DNA of 63,029 bases, filler included, from Reticulomyxa filosa (lineage: Eukaryota > Protista > Foraminifera): the NCBI GenBank assembly GCA_000512085.1. It is 11 parts of 11 records of this genome, joined end to end, with 100 filler letters (N's around TTAATTAATTAA, not from the genome) between each part and the next. Parts side by side here need not be neighbours in the genome. Positions count along the whole stretch, not along the records: positions 48,612 to 54,450 come from ASPP01026105.1; positions 54,551 to 56,421 come from ASPP01023759.1; positions 56,522 to 59,217 come from ASPP01004769.1; positions 59,318 to 60,448 come from ASPP01011812.1; positions 60,549 to 61,704 come from ASPP01035493.1; positions 61,805 to 63,029 come from ASPP01009066.1; 5 more parts are not named here. One strand, given 5' to 3'. Within the stretch, counting starts at the first letter, position 1. Every line of letters starts with the position of its first letter. The position numbers and the translations under genes are program-made. Below the pieces are notes generated by a model. It did no database searches. It had not been told where the DNA came from and was given only the letters and a program-made list of their open reading frames with translations. Shown piece after piece: positions 51,723-63,029 of this stretch.

Positions 51723-54408
51723 TGAGCAAATAAATGAATGAATAAATAAAAGAACAAAATAGAATCACAAACCTTGGGTGTACTTTGCATTGCCTGTTCT
51801 CTTTGCTTCTCTCTTTCTTTTTCTTTCATAAGCTCCAAGTCAATGGGCAGCAATGGACCCATATTGGTAGGGTCAATCGTCGACGATTTCGACACCGCCG
51901 GAGTGATGGAATCCAATTTCACCAAGTCATTTGGAAATTCCTCCCACGATAGTTTCCTCTTGCGTTCCTCCAAGTTTTCGTCCAACACTTGGCCCGTCTC
52001 TTCGTCATATTCACCGCGGCTTCCCACCTGCGCTCTCTCTGCTCGAGTTCCTCGCGTGTCATGTTCCTCACGTGTGCGCTTTCCTTTCGTCGAAGATTCC
52101 GTATTGTCGTTTCGACTTTTTTGTCCGGATTGAACGTCCGGCAACTTTGATGAGTGGACATTTTTAAACAAAAAAAAAGTCCGAGTCCGAAATTTGTGTT
52201 TTCCTAATATGACAGAGAAAGAGAGAGAGAGAGAGAAAGAAAGAGTTGTAAAGTGGTACGAAACCAAACTGAGGTGGTGTTTAAAGCAGAGGATTTATTT
52301 GGGACCACAAAAGACTGATTATCTAACGTGGTTGGTGTTTCGGTGGGCGAGTCGTTTGCAAGTGTGACAATATCTTTCATGACGGTGGTCTCGACCTTGT
52401 TGTCTTTGTCCTTATCTTTATCTTTATCTTTAGACCCTCGATTGTTTATTTTTTGATTAATACCATGGTGCTTCAAACTCAAGTTTACATTCTCTCCTTC
52501 TTCTTCCGCGTCCACATCAAACTCATCTGCCAAATCTGTCGACGCCCGATCGAGATTCATCACGTTCAATGTCGTGGCCAGGGTCGGCTTGTCGTATTTG
52601 GGATAGCCCTCCATTTTTATAAAGTTTTCCTCTTCACGAAGGATTAGAGCTCGGTAATCCAGTCGCGTGTTCGGCACACTGGTGTAATAGATATCATTGC
52701 CTGCACTTCCTCGTAACGAATAGTTTTTGCCTATCCATGATCTCTGAATACGTGTATACATACATATATGTATATATGTATATGCATATGTATATGTATA
52801 TGTATAATATGTGATTATGAATGCACAACCCAACTTTAGTTTGATCATCCCAACCCGATTGTAATACAGAGTTTCTGGCAATTTCACACAAGTCAATGGA
52901 AGACAAATTGAACACTTGAGCACAGATTGAATACTCTTCTAACAGCGCGTCTTTGGTGTAACTAGTATTCACATATAATTGCAATTACAATCATTTAAAC
53001 AAACAAAAAGGTTCGAAACTGAATCAATAAAGGATCGTCTGTTGACAATGCCACGTTCAAGCCTCTTTTGAAAAAGTTTGGAAACGGGTTTTTATTGTAT
53101 TCACAAACTAATATGTTATTCGACAATGGAGACACTGAAACGCCGACCTGTGTTGTATTTGTTGTTTTTTATCAGGTAATACCACTACTTTGTCCCTTTT
53201 TTTTTTTTTTATGTCCAAAAAAATATCTCTCCCCCTCCCTCTACCTATTTTTTTTGTTTGCATACTGCAAAATACAAATACATGCCCACCTGATCCAAGT
53301 AATAGAGATATTGCAACACAGGAGACCGTTTTAACAAAATGCCGTGATTGATTGAATTGGCTTGTCAAAACAATTGAGGAGAAGAAAACAACCAAAGAAT
53401 TTTTTTTATAAGGCTATGAAGACTAATGGTCATAAAAGATATGTACATATGTGTATACATATATACACATATATATACATATATTATAGATATTTACCTA
53501 AAAGATAAGCTGAAGCCAAATGATCGACACTGCCTGCCTCCCCACTATGGGGGCGGAAAGAAAAAGTGTTCATTCCTCGTTCTTCCCTCAGCTTGTTTAA
53601 TTTGATAATGTTGACCCACATATAATACATGTACATGCTATCAATAAGAGAACAACACAAGTGTCGAGCAATTGAAATTCGATCAAGTTATCGATGGTTG
53701 TTTTTTGTTTGTTTGTTTGTTTGTTTGTTTTTTTTTTTTGGTTTAAAAGACACGAAAAGTTTGAACATGTAGGGAGGATTGGAGTCATTAGTCCAGTCAT
53801 CTGGATCGTGACGCCTACCCAAGCGAGGGTCAGGCATTGATTCATCGTCTACGCTATCGAACCCAACGACTGTTTCTAAAAACTTGTGTAGCTATCAATT
53901 CAATTCAACATTGAACATTGAATAATGAATAATGAATAATGAAATGTCATGTTAACCTCATCTTTTTTTTAAAAAAAAAAAAAAAAAAAAAAGAACAAAC
54001 TGAAGGACAACTGGAAGGGTCAATGGTGACTTGGAACAAAGGCAAGAAAATGTTTTCCAGCATTTGACCAAAGGACTTGAGTATTCCACGACTTCGATAG
54101 ATATGATACAAGCGCGGGACTTGGATCAACCATCGAACGTGGTCCGAGTGCAATTTGAAGTCACACACCCAATCGGCAAGCACCTTCCATTCGTCTCCCT
54201 TTGTCCCATACACTGACAAGCGACTTTCAATTTTGGTATATTTTCCCCACTCCAAATCTGAAAACACTTGTTGTGTTAATTCCGCAAAGTATCGACCTTT
54301 CATATAATTATCGACTTTCAAAAATATGTTTCGAAATTCGGAAATACCAACCGGGTTATATTTCAGATTGAACTTGTCGAATCTTTCAAATGTGCCCCGT
54401 TCTGCATG

Positions 54409-54409
<1 letters not shown>
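50402..54409 (-). CDS. 5'-partial AMP deaminase apparently fused, via a low-complexity linker, to a PAA1/AANAT-type GNAT acetyltransferase
   Basis: The AMPD exons continue in frame through GT-AG introns 52145-52269, 51688-51772, 51240-51317 and 50692-50795 into the GNAT domain; final stop at 50402. Confidence 0.72.
52620..54409 (-). CDS. AMPD: AMP deaminase catalytic domain (multi-exon)
   Basis: Motifs [89 protein letters not shown]. Confidence 0.96.
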
Positions 54410-54448
<39 letters not shown>

Positions 54449-54450
54449 AA

Positions 54451-54550
54451 NNNNNNNNNNNNNNNNNNNNNNNNNNNNNNNNNNNNNNNNNNNNTTAATT
54501 AATTAANNNNNNNNNNNNNNNNNNNNNNNNNNNNNNNNNNNNNNNNNNNN
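54451..54550. other. Artificial contig linker
   Basis: N44-TTAATTAATTAA-N44. Confidence 0.98.
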
Positions 54551-55707
54551 ATTCATATAGTGCCATTTAGGTATGGCAGTTTTTTTTGCAATATGTCATA
54601 TTAATTATAATTTTTTGTCTTTGTCTACTTTTTTTAATTGCATTTTTCTTGTATTCATTTGATAGTATCGTAAAACTTTTTTGTCATTTTCATCTTATTC
54701 ACATCCTGCGCAAAATGCAGTAACATAAATTTTTTGTTTGGTTCATGCATAAAATAAAAAATTGCGATTTTCATTTAAAAAAACAAAGAAAAAATTATTC
54801 ACTTACAGACTCTGGAAATTTCCAAATGCTTATTTCCTTTTTTTGGACTCTAATATTATCATTGTTGGCTAAAACAGTAAACTGCTGTAAAAGATTATTA
54901 ACACAAAAAATAAAACGTAAAAATTTTTAGAAAACCCAAAACTTGTCTAGTTTTTTTAATAACTATCTTGCATTATGTTGCAGTACTGTACTTTTTTTGT
55001 GTTACATATGATACTAAAAATGAACATACAAACGCTTTTCAGATTGACAGTGCTACATATCAATCGAGTCTATGAATGAATAACTTGGCAATTATTATTG
55101 TATAATATAATGTTTCAAGACTTCATTGCACTAATATCACTTGCATAAGTTGCTTTTAATATATGCTGTAGCTAAATAATAGCATACTGCTTATCTCTTT
55201 TTGTTATGTTGCACTCGCGTAGGCTTTATTGTACCGGTATAACAATCTCGCAAGCCTCGCGCAATTTAGAAAGCATTGCAAAATTAAAACTCTTGGACTT
55301 CAAAAATTTGAAAGATGCCAAAGAATTTCGATTATAAAAAAAACGAAGAATTGAAATTAAACATTATTTAAATCGTTTATTGAGGAAGCACTGTCAAAAG
55401 AATAAAACAATCAAAAAAAGTTCAACAGTGTTTGAATACAAACTGTCCCGCTGGAAGAGATTGAAGAGTGCACGATCTCGAAAAAACACATTATCACACC
55501 ATTTTTCGATCACCAAAAACAAAAAATCGCTGTCGTGAAACTCCACATAACCACCCACAAAAAAAAAAGAAAGAAATAAGCCATTTATAAAATAAACCAC
55601 TTGTTTTAACGTGATAATATGCACTAGATTTGTGTGTTCAATTTTACTTTTTTTGTGTTCCCCTTCTCTAATTTGCATGGTAATTTGTCATAAGAAAAAA
55701 CATAAAT

Positions 55708-56420
55708 TTATGGTCTGTTGTGTAAAACCCGAGGATTTCTCAATTTGATGGATTCGCCGTATTGCTTTAGTAAGTACATCAAGCTGAGTAATAACGCCGA
55801 CAAACCGAAACTTGTGGCCCATTCAGCAGTAGTAATTCTGGCTTTCGTATCAAAGCCGAGATCATTCAACAATGTATCATACCAACTATGTTCAGCTTCA
55901 GCAACCGGTTCTAGTCAATCAAAGGGACGAACGAATGGAAAAAAAAAAAAAATTTAAAAAAAAGAAAGTAACAAAACGATTGCGAGACGACATTGTTTCA
56001 TCATTGGACGCATCTTCGACGAAAGGTTCAATGGTCCCTCCTTGAGCCCTGGAGCTTTGAGAAGAGAGAATTTGTATAGGGGGGATAACCCCATAAGTGG
56101 ACTGACCAGGGACGTGATGTTGTGATCTGTTTTGCGCCTCGTGCCCCCCCAGTCGCCCGTCTAATTTAATATGCAATTGGCGAATGAGCCGTTCCAATGG
56201 TCGTATTTCCTGAATGACATGAACAGGATCACTGCTGTTCAGCACCTGTTTCAACATGTCTTTGATCTGTTGTAGCTCTTCTTCGATCTCGTCCAATCGA
56301 TCACCTACTTGTTCTTCACTGTAATTGCTTTGGACACTCAGCGCGCCACCACTACGCTGTGTGCTGGGGTCATTTTGTGCTTTTTTATTCAACGACTTCA
56401 GTATATCTTCCCACTTTTTT
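55708..56420 (-). CDS. 3' part of a hypothetical protein with a coiled coil and a near-C-terminal TM helix
   Basis: ORF 55919-56392 (RLDEIEEELQQIKDML) splices to the last exon EPVAEAEH...FGLSALLLSLMYLL...HNRP-stop. Confidence 0.55.
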
Positions 56421-56421
56421 T

Positions 56422-56521
56422 NNNNNNNNNNNNNNNNNNNNNNNNNNNNNNNNNNNNNNNNNNNNTTAATTAATTAANNNNNNNNNNNNNNNNNNNNNNN
56501 NNNNNNNNNNNNNNNNNNNNN
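56422..56521. other. Artificial contig linker
   Basis: N44-TTAATTAATTAA-N44. Confidence 0.98.
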
Positions 56522-57056
56522 AACAAGAACACGAGCAGTGGTCCCCGGGCCATATGCATGCGCAACAGCTGTTGTCGTCGTCGTCAAAGTCACAAGACCT
56601 GATCGTCACCGATGCTACGAAGCATATGCGAAAGCCTCCGTTTGTGTCACCCGATCATCAACAGCAGCTGCAGCGTTTTTACGAAGCAACCAAACCCAAT
56701 GTGGCGGTCTCTTCTTCCTCTGAAGATAAAAATGCAACAACTGCGAATGTAAATGCGACAACGATATCAACAGAAGCATTTGCAAGAGCAGATCTATCGA
56801 AAGACAATGCATCGTTGCAACACTATCTTGGCAATTCGTCTGTCATTGGCGACAAAAACAGAGGTCTCGAACATGCTCTTCCAATTCCACTCGAACAGCA
56901 AGAACAAGGATTGACTGCTAATCAAACGCAGCCTATCAATCTTATCCACGGCGGATATCTCGAAGAAGACTTGGTATCATTGTTTCTGTTATTTAAAAAA
57001 ATACATAGGGAATATATTATCATTATTATTATTTTTTTTTTTTTTTAATGTTATCG

Positions 57057-57103
<47 letters not shown>

Positions 57104-57501
57104 GAAGTCATTCATGTCCGCATGTTGATGGCGAATACATTCACATGCCAAAATTTACCAAAACAAATGTAATCCCTCAATCAGTCAGCATTTTACATAT
57201 TGAAACAAACAAACAAACAAACAAACAAAACAACAGTTGAATGGAAAGGAATTGACAGAGGAAGAAAGGCGAGAGCATGCCATTCGTACCCAAAACCAAC
57301 AGCGCTTGCAACAATATCGACGATATGCGCAACAGTGCGGCATCTCTCCCCCTACGCCGGAACAAGAGCAGTACTACCGATTCAATTTTGGAGAAATGTG
57401 GGAAAAGATGTATTACAAGCGCCAAATTTATAAAAGACAGCAATTGCAATTACAACAGCAGCAACAACAACAACAGCAACAGCAACAGCAACAACAACAG
57501 C

Positions 57502-57550
<49 letters not shown>

Positions 57551-59150
57551 GCAACAGCAACAACAACAACAACAACATCCTTCATCTCAACAACAGCAAA
57601 CACATGGACAAAGCATATACGATGCGGACGGAAAACTTTCTCTAAAGGCGTTGTATCGCTACCGACATTACTACCAACAGAAATATATCGAAATACGGAA
57701 AAACGTCGAGCAAAACCCCAAGTATATCCCGCAGCTGCAGCATTACGAGCAAAAGCTGAAGTACGTATTGAAGAAAATAAAAGAGATTGAATCGACAAAC
57801 TTGAAAAGCAGCACAGCTTACAAAGGGTCGCCCAACATGGACCCCACGCTTGTGCCGTCGGGCTCAAAGGCATCTCTTGCGCCTTCCGGACAACAAGCAA
57901 TGGAAGGGTATGACTTGAATGACATGGGTGACCATATGCTGTCGTCGGCGAGGACACGGCCTTCGATGAAGCCAATCGAAGATGAGCGATCTCTCCACAC
58001 ACCTATCTCGCAGACGACGGGACCTTATCCCGGTGCAAATGTCCCATCTAGGGACCCGTATATGGCGAGATATCTTTCAATGCAACCACAATCGCAATCG
58101 CAATCGCAATCGCAATCGCAATCACAACAGTACCGCACACCGCTAGGCTATGAGGACCTATCCAAAGATATGGGAATGCCACAAATGACACAGATGCCAC
58201 CTCCATCCGAAAGTGGATACTACGAATCATCCCTTCTTCATCATTCTCATCCTGCGGAAACCATGTCACATGTGCATCCGTCCAAACCGGGAATGCCCTA
58301 TGGAATGCATCCCTACGGAGGACATTCCGCCAAGTATTCTCAAATGGTCAGGTCCGATCACATGGGAGTTGCCATGTCACGCTATTCCGATGCAAATGCA
58401 GTCGGACTTCGAACCATTGCCACTGTTCAAGATAGTGCCATGAGAGAGCACAAAGATATGGGTGTTGAGTACCTCTTTCCGCAGGATGATGCTACTGCCG
58501 ATAATGTCATGGATTTGAATTTAGGTACATTATGACGTTGCATCTTTTCAACAAAAAAATATATATATATATATATTACATATACATATATACATATACA
58601 TATATACATATACATATATATATATATGTATATGCATATGTATTATGTGTATTAATAAACGAAATGAAACCAAACTTGTTTTGTGTGACAATTTGATAGC
58701 GACATTTGGATACAGCACTGCCGAAGGATTGATACGCGGCAACAAAGCGATCTCATCCGAGCGACTGGTAATCGGAAGCAACAGCGGCGAGATGCAGAAG
58801 CCAGCGACAGTGATAAGCAACAAAGAGGAACGAACACAAGACATTGAAAAGAGCAACAAGAAAGAGGAAGGACAAACACCTCTTGATAGTAGCGATCCGA
58901 CAAAGACAAGTAGTCAATCCAAAGAGTTTTTATCTGTGACCGCGGGTGCTATCAACAAACAAATGATGAATGAAGCCAACAACGACCCCTCCAAAGAACC
59001 GTCTTCAAACAATAACCTGTCCCAACTGCAAAAGTATGATTTAAGCAACAAAAAGGAGAGCGGAGTCCCGTCCGTTGCAAGGACGGACAATGCACTACCA
59101 CTTTGGTTCTATCATGGGTTTAATCTTTACAAGACCAAATACAATCCTGG
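56522..59150 (+). CDS. PolyQ/low-complexity N-terminal region, probably of the downstream protein kinase
   Basis: Collinear ORFs 56554, 57237 and 58645 separated by microsatellite introns; polyQ tract at ~57440-57576. Confidence 0.65.
57056..57103 (+). repeat. (GTT)n microsatellite, intronic
   Basis: Directly visible. Confidence 0.85.
57440..57576 (+). repeat. CAA/CAG polyglutamine repeat (~40 Gln)
   Basis: Directly visible, in frame with ORF 57237-58535. Confidence 0.95.
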
Positions 59151-59217
59151 TGTGTATAAATTTGTATACGTATACATATGTGCATATATGGACAGATAGA
59201 CTTCTTTGTCGTAAAAA

Positions 59218-59317
59218 NNNNNNNNNNNNNNNNNNNNNNNNNNNNNNNNNNNNNNNNNNNNTTAATTAATTAANNNNNNNNNNNNNNNNNNNNNNNNNNN
59301 NNNNNNNNNNNNNNNNN
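59218..59317. other. Artificial contig linker
   Basis: N44-TTAATTAATTAA-N44. Confidence 0.98.
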
Positions 59318-59483
59318 CTTTTATGTTTACAAAAGGGGGCGAATTAAGTTTGATCTTATAGGTCTACATCAATGCGCGGCATAATGTGGATATGCTTGTG
59401 ATGTGTATGTATATAAATAAATAAATATGTACATATATATATATATATGCAAAAAAATGAATCCTCGTTGCGGAAACAACAAG

Positions 59484-60230
59484 TATATGCAAGCCCATGA
59501 TATTGTTCATTTGGACTTGAAACCCGACAACATCTTGTTTGAACGGAAAGATGAAGATTCGCCCATTAAAGTTTTTTCATGCATACATCAACATTACCCT
59601 TTGTTTTTCAATGGACCAAATTACACATATTCAAGCTCAGATTTTTAGTGTGCACGTATATGTATGTATATTGGGGGGGGGGGAGGATAGGTGATTGACT
59701 TTGGAATGGCACAAATAGTGCCACGAATGAAAAAGCTGAGACAATTGGTGGGAACACGTTTAGTGTTTTATGTGTGGTGTTTTTTTGTTTAATGTTTATC
59801 AAATGGAGCATAGTGACACTACGTTGCATACAAAAATAAATGTACGTATGAATACAGCGTATTACACGGCGCCGGAAGTGTTGAATGGGAAATATGATCG
59901 TTCGGCAGACATGTGGAGTGTTGGAGTGATATTGTTTTGCATGCTATTTGGGTTTCCTCCTTTTTACGTGGATCACGACTGCCTGATGGTGGGACAATCG
60001 GAGGAAGACGCGATATTTAACGCGATCCAAAACGGCTTTACTCCAGTCACTCAGCCCGGCTACGGGCCTTGGTTTCCAGAAGGGTCCCAAGTCTCCGACT
60101 ACGCAAAAGACCTCATCTCCAAACTGCTCGTCAAACAAGTCAAAGATCGTCCCACCGTCGCCGAGTGTCTATCTCATCCATGGATCCGAGGAGAAGCAAA
60201 CGATCACGCCATTCCACGTACCGTTTTTCG
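59484..60230 (+). CDS. CAMK/CDPK-group Ser/Thr protein kinase, subdomains VIb-XI (partial)
   Basis: HLDLKPDNILF, VIDFGMA, GT..YYTAPEVL, DMWSVGVILFCMLFGFPPFY, AKDLISKLL, ECLSHPW. Confidence 0.92.
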
Positions 60231-60248
60231 ATCTCTTTTGTTTCGTAC

Positions 60249-60279
<31 letters not shown>

Positions 60280-60448
60280 TAGCTACTTGAAGATGAAGGG
60301 GAAGGAGTACGTATGTGTAGCTTATTATGCATTTAATAATCCACTATAGTAAGTGTGTAAAGAGGGGAGGGGATCAGTTGGTCAATGTTTGTTTACCAAA
60401 CTTTTTTACTTTTTTTTTCTTTTTTTTTTTTTAAAAAAAAAAAAAAAA

Positions 60449-60548
60449 NNNNNNNNNNNNNNNNNNNNNNNNNNNNNNNNNNNNNNNNNNNNTTAATTAA
60501 TTAANNNNNNNNNNNNNNNNNNNNNNNNNNNNNNNNNNNNNNNNNNNN
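60449..60548. other. Artificial contig linker
   Basis: N44-TTAATTAATTAA-N44. Confidence 0.98.
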
Positions 60549-61704
60549 AAACAAAAAAAGAAAGAAAGTACAATGAAATGGTATAATAAACAATAAAAAT
60601 AAGACAACGGAACACTGAAACTAAAAACAAAACTAAAACTCACCAAAAGGGGGGTGCAGGGGGAAAAGTCTTGTTGAACAAAAAATAGTAAATTTTTTAT
60701 TGCATTTTTGTTTATTCCAAATGTAAATATGGAAACGTGTAAGTGCTTATGAAGCTACATATATTTGACTTTGATAAAAATGCTTGCAATGAAAAATGTT
60801 ATAAACTACCATCTCAAATTATAAAACAAGTCCATCAAAATAAAAATTGTTTAAATTTATTTTCACAGGTATCCAGGGATTCAAAAATAAGAATCTCTAA
60901 AGCAAGTGCACAAGCTAGTGACAGAAAATGATTGTCTCAGTCCATAGACCCCGTTTCGTGTATAAAAAATATTAAAAATGATATGCTGAACATTGCATCT
61001 TTGTTTAGATTATGAAAATAGCAGTTGGATTCGATATACCAATCATTTCCGACATATTAAAGATGATGGTTCTTTAAAATCTGCAAAATAAGATAAAAAT
61101 GAAATGTTTTTGTGAATTATTATGGCTCACGATATACGTAGCTAGTGCAGGGACAACAAGTGCGAAAGGAACTTTGTTCCGGAAATGAGTTTTTTCAGCA
61201 AAACGAAAGTACTTTAAACAGGAGATAATTTACAAAAGACAAGAAATAAGAGTGTTGTTTGTGGAGAGTTTGATTTAATCGATCCAATAATTCACCCGCA
61301 TAATCGTTATCATCATATGTTAACATCGATGTACACTTATACCTTGTTCCAAATAATTGTCTAAGTTTTGATATATCATATTTCACACTGTTTACTTTTT
61401 ATCATTTTTTTCATGTCTTATTGTTCCGGCTAGCACTACTCTCATAGTCTTGTTTCATCAGGCTTGATTTACTGCGGTATCTATTAACTTTGCTATATGA
61501 GAGTGCGTATACACAAAATATCTTCATATATAATGTTATGTATCGTCTATTTCTCTTTCATTCGTTTGGGCGATTTAGATATTACTTTTTTCTAAATATT
61601 TTTTATTTTTCAATTATGTTTTGAATTTCACAAAAATGACAAATTACACTTGTAATACTTACTTAATTTATCAAAAATATTTTTTTTCAAAAAACCAAAA
61701 AAAT

Positions 61705-61804
61705 NNNNNNNNNNNNNNNNNNNNNNNNNNNNNNNNNNNNNNNNNNNNTTAATTAATTAANNNNNNNNNNNNNNNNNNNNNNNNNNNNNNNNNNNNNNNN
61801 NNNN
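61705..61804. other. Artificial contig linker
   Basis: N44-TTAATTAATTAA-N44. Confidence 0.98.
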
Positions 61805-61896
61805 AAAAAAAAAAATATGTGCACCCCTCTTTTTTTTTTGATTTCTCTCCTCCTTCTTTCTCTATACACACATAAAAAAAAAAGCTTACACATAAC

Positions 61897-62010
61897 TTCC
61901 TCATCCATATAAAAGTTGTCTATTTCACAGTGCGGCAAAGAACCTGGTTTCAGCAGTTTTTCTTGGTAGGACAGTTCTGTAAACTCCTTTCGGTCAGTAT
62001 TTTGAGCCAT
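61897..62010 (-). CDS. Probable first exon of an unidentified gene (MAQNTDRKEF...)
   Basis: ATG at 62010, coding-like composition, then a GTTATG donor and a T-rich intron running into the gap. Confidence 0.4.
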
Positions 62011-62392
62011 TTTTGGATTAATTTCTTTATATATTGATTTGCCGACAGTTTGTCCTAAAAAACACTTCAAACACTATTTGCTTTATTTTTTGGTTCAATA
62101 TTTAAAATTTGTCAGACTTTTCATGTCAAAGTTTTGGAAAATTTTATCGTACGCAGGAAAAGGGGCACCTACAAGACAACATATTACCACCAGGCCACAT
62201 GGATTAGTACAATCATCATAGCAATAGATAATGAATTAATGTCATAAAATTCCAAGAGATATCGATGAGTAGCTTGCTTCCTTAAAATACGGAAGCAAGA
62301 GCAGTTTTTTGTGAACCAAAATTTAAAAAAATTTCGTGATCAGTAAGATATTGTTCACAAACTTCACATTATTGCCAAAAAAAAATAACAAG

Positions 62393-62705
62393 CAATGCAT
62401 GTTGCCAAGAAGCGCAAATTGAGCGAAATTGTCAAGTATGTGTGTTCTCGGAAGCTTCAAAAAAAGTGAGACAAGAAGAGTGTGTGGTGCAAAAAATTAG
62501 TTGTGACAAGGAAACATTGGAACTGGAGGAGACAAAAATCGAGGATAAGATGAAGGAGCTCTACAAAAAGTTGGAAGCGAACGACTTGAGCAAAGACGAC
62601 CTCGAATCGCTATACGATCAATGGAAATTTGTGCTCAGCTGTTATAAAAAGAGCGATACCAATGCCTTTCTATCTCCCAAGCAGCCGAGCAACGACGAAA
62701 CCAAA
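62393..62705 (+). CDS. Exon of a hypothetical coiled-coil protein (partial)
   Basis: Open frame after an aacaag acceptor (KETLELEETKIEDKMKELYKKLE), ending at a GTTTCG donor. Confidence 0.4.
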
Positions 62706-62952
62706 GTTTCGACCCCTTTTTTTTTTTAATTTATGTATTTTTGTGTTTTGTTTAAATAGTTTAAAACGAGACAATTCTCAAAACAAACAAAAAAAAAAGT
62801 GTAATGAATAAAAATTGTGAGGTGTTGTCATTGGTGTGTGCTGAGTCACCAAATCCAAATGAAGAAACATACGACGAAGAATTAGTTTAGAAACGTTTCT
62901 TTTAAAAAAGCAAGTGTTTTTATATTTGAAAAGGAAAAAAAAAAACGGGGGG

Positions 62953-63020
<68 letters not shown>

Positions 63021-63029
63021 TATTGCAAA

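Noticed and set aside
57277-58002. Poly-N and poly-V ORFs
   Set aside because: Shadow frames of the polyQ tract
60549-61704. Possible decayed minus-strand coding sequence
   Set aside because: No assignable motif; many stops
28483-61804. Recurring TTAATTAATTAA palindrome flanked by Ns
   Set aside because: Identical 100-nt artificial linkers with stops in all six frames; not biological
1-63029. Stop-codon reassignment as an explanation for the fragmented ORFs
   Set aside because: Conserved genes (XPG, AMPD, synapsin-like) are restored by ordinary introns under the standard code
1-63029. CRISPR arrays, rRNA or tRNA genes
   Set aside because: No repeat-spacer arrays or recognisable structural RNA seen by eye; a covariance-model search was not possible

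Overview
AT-rich, intron-containing eukaryotic genomic DNA. It consists of 11 contigs joined by ten artificial 100-nt linkers (N44-TTAATTAATTAA-N44). The short introns with A/T homopolymer and microsatellite tracts, and the gene families present, resemble a rhizarian protist such as the foraminiferan Reticulomyxa (inference, not verified). Recognisable genes: a RelA/SpoT-like nucleotidyltransferase fused to ankyrin-like repeats; XPG/RAD2 endonuclease with three RanBP2-type zinc fingers in its spacer; an Aa_trans amino-acid transporter; a 3-RRM RNA-binding protein; a synapsin-like ATP-grasp protein whose first intron is GC-AG; coiled-coil and KH-like proteins; a partial ABCD transporter; a Cys-rich GPI-type surface protein; a 7TM receptor-like protein; a double-SPRY protein; an ankyrin protein with a possible GGDEF-like tail; and a polyQ CAMK/CDPK-like kinase. 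An AMP deaminase gene appears to splice in frame through a low-complexity linker into a PAA1/AANAT-type GNAT acetyltransferase. About 19.8-28.5 kb is a transposon graveyard: a decayed Tc1 element with ~160-bp TIRs, non-LTR remnants and a large imperfect inverted repeat. The most notable candidates are the AMPD-GNAT fusion, the RelA/SpoT-like-ankyrin protein, the protist synapsin and the GGDEF-like-ankyrin protein. All exon structures and family calls were read by eye, with no database searches.
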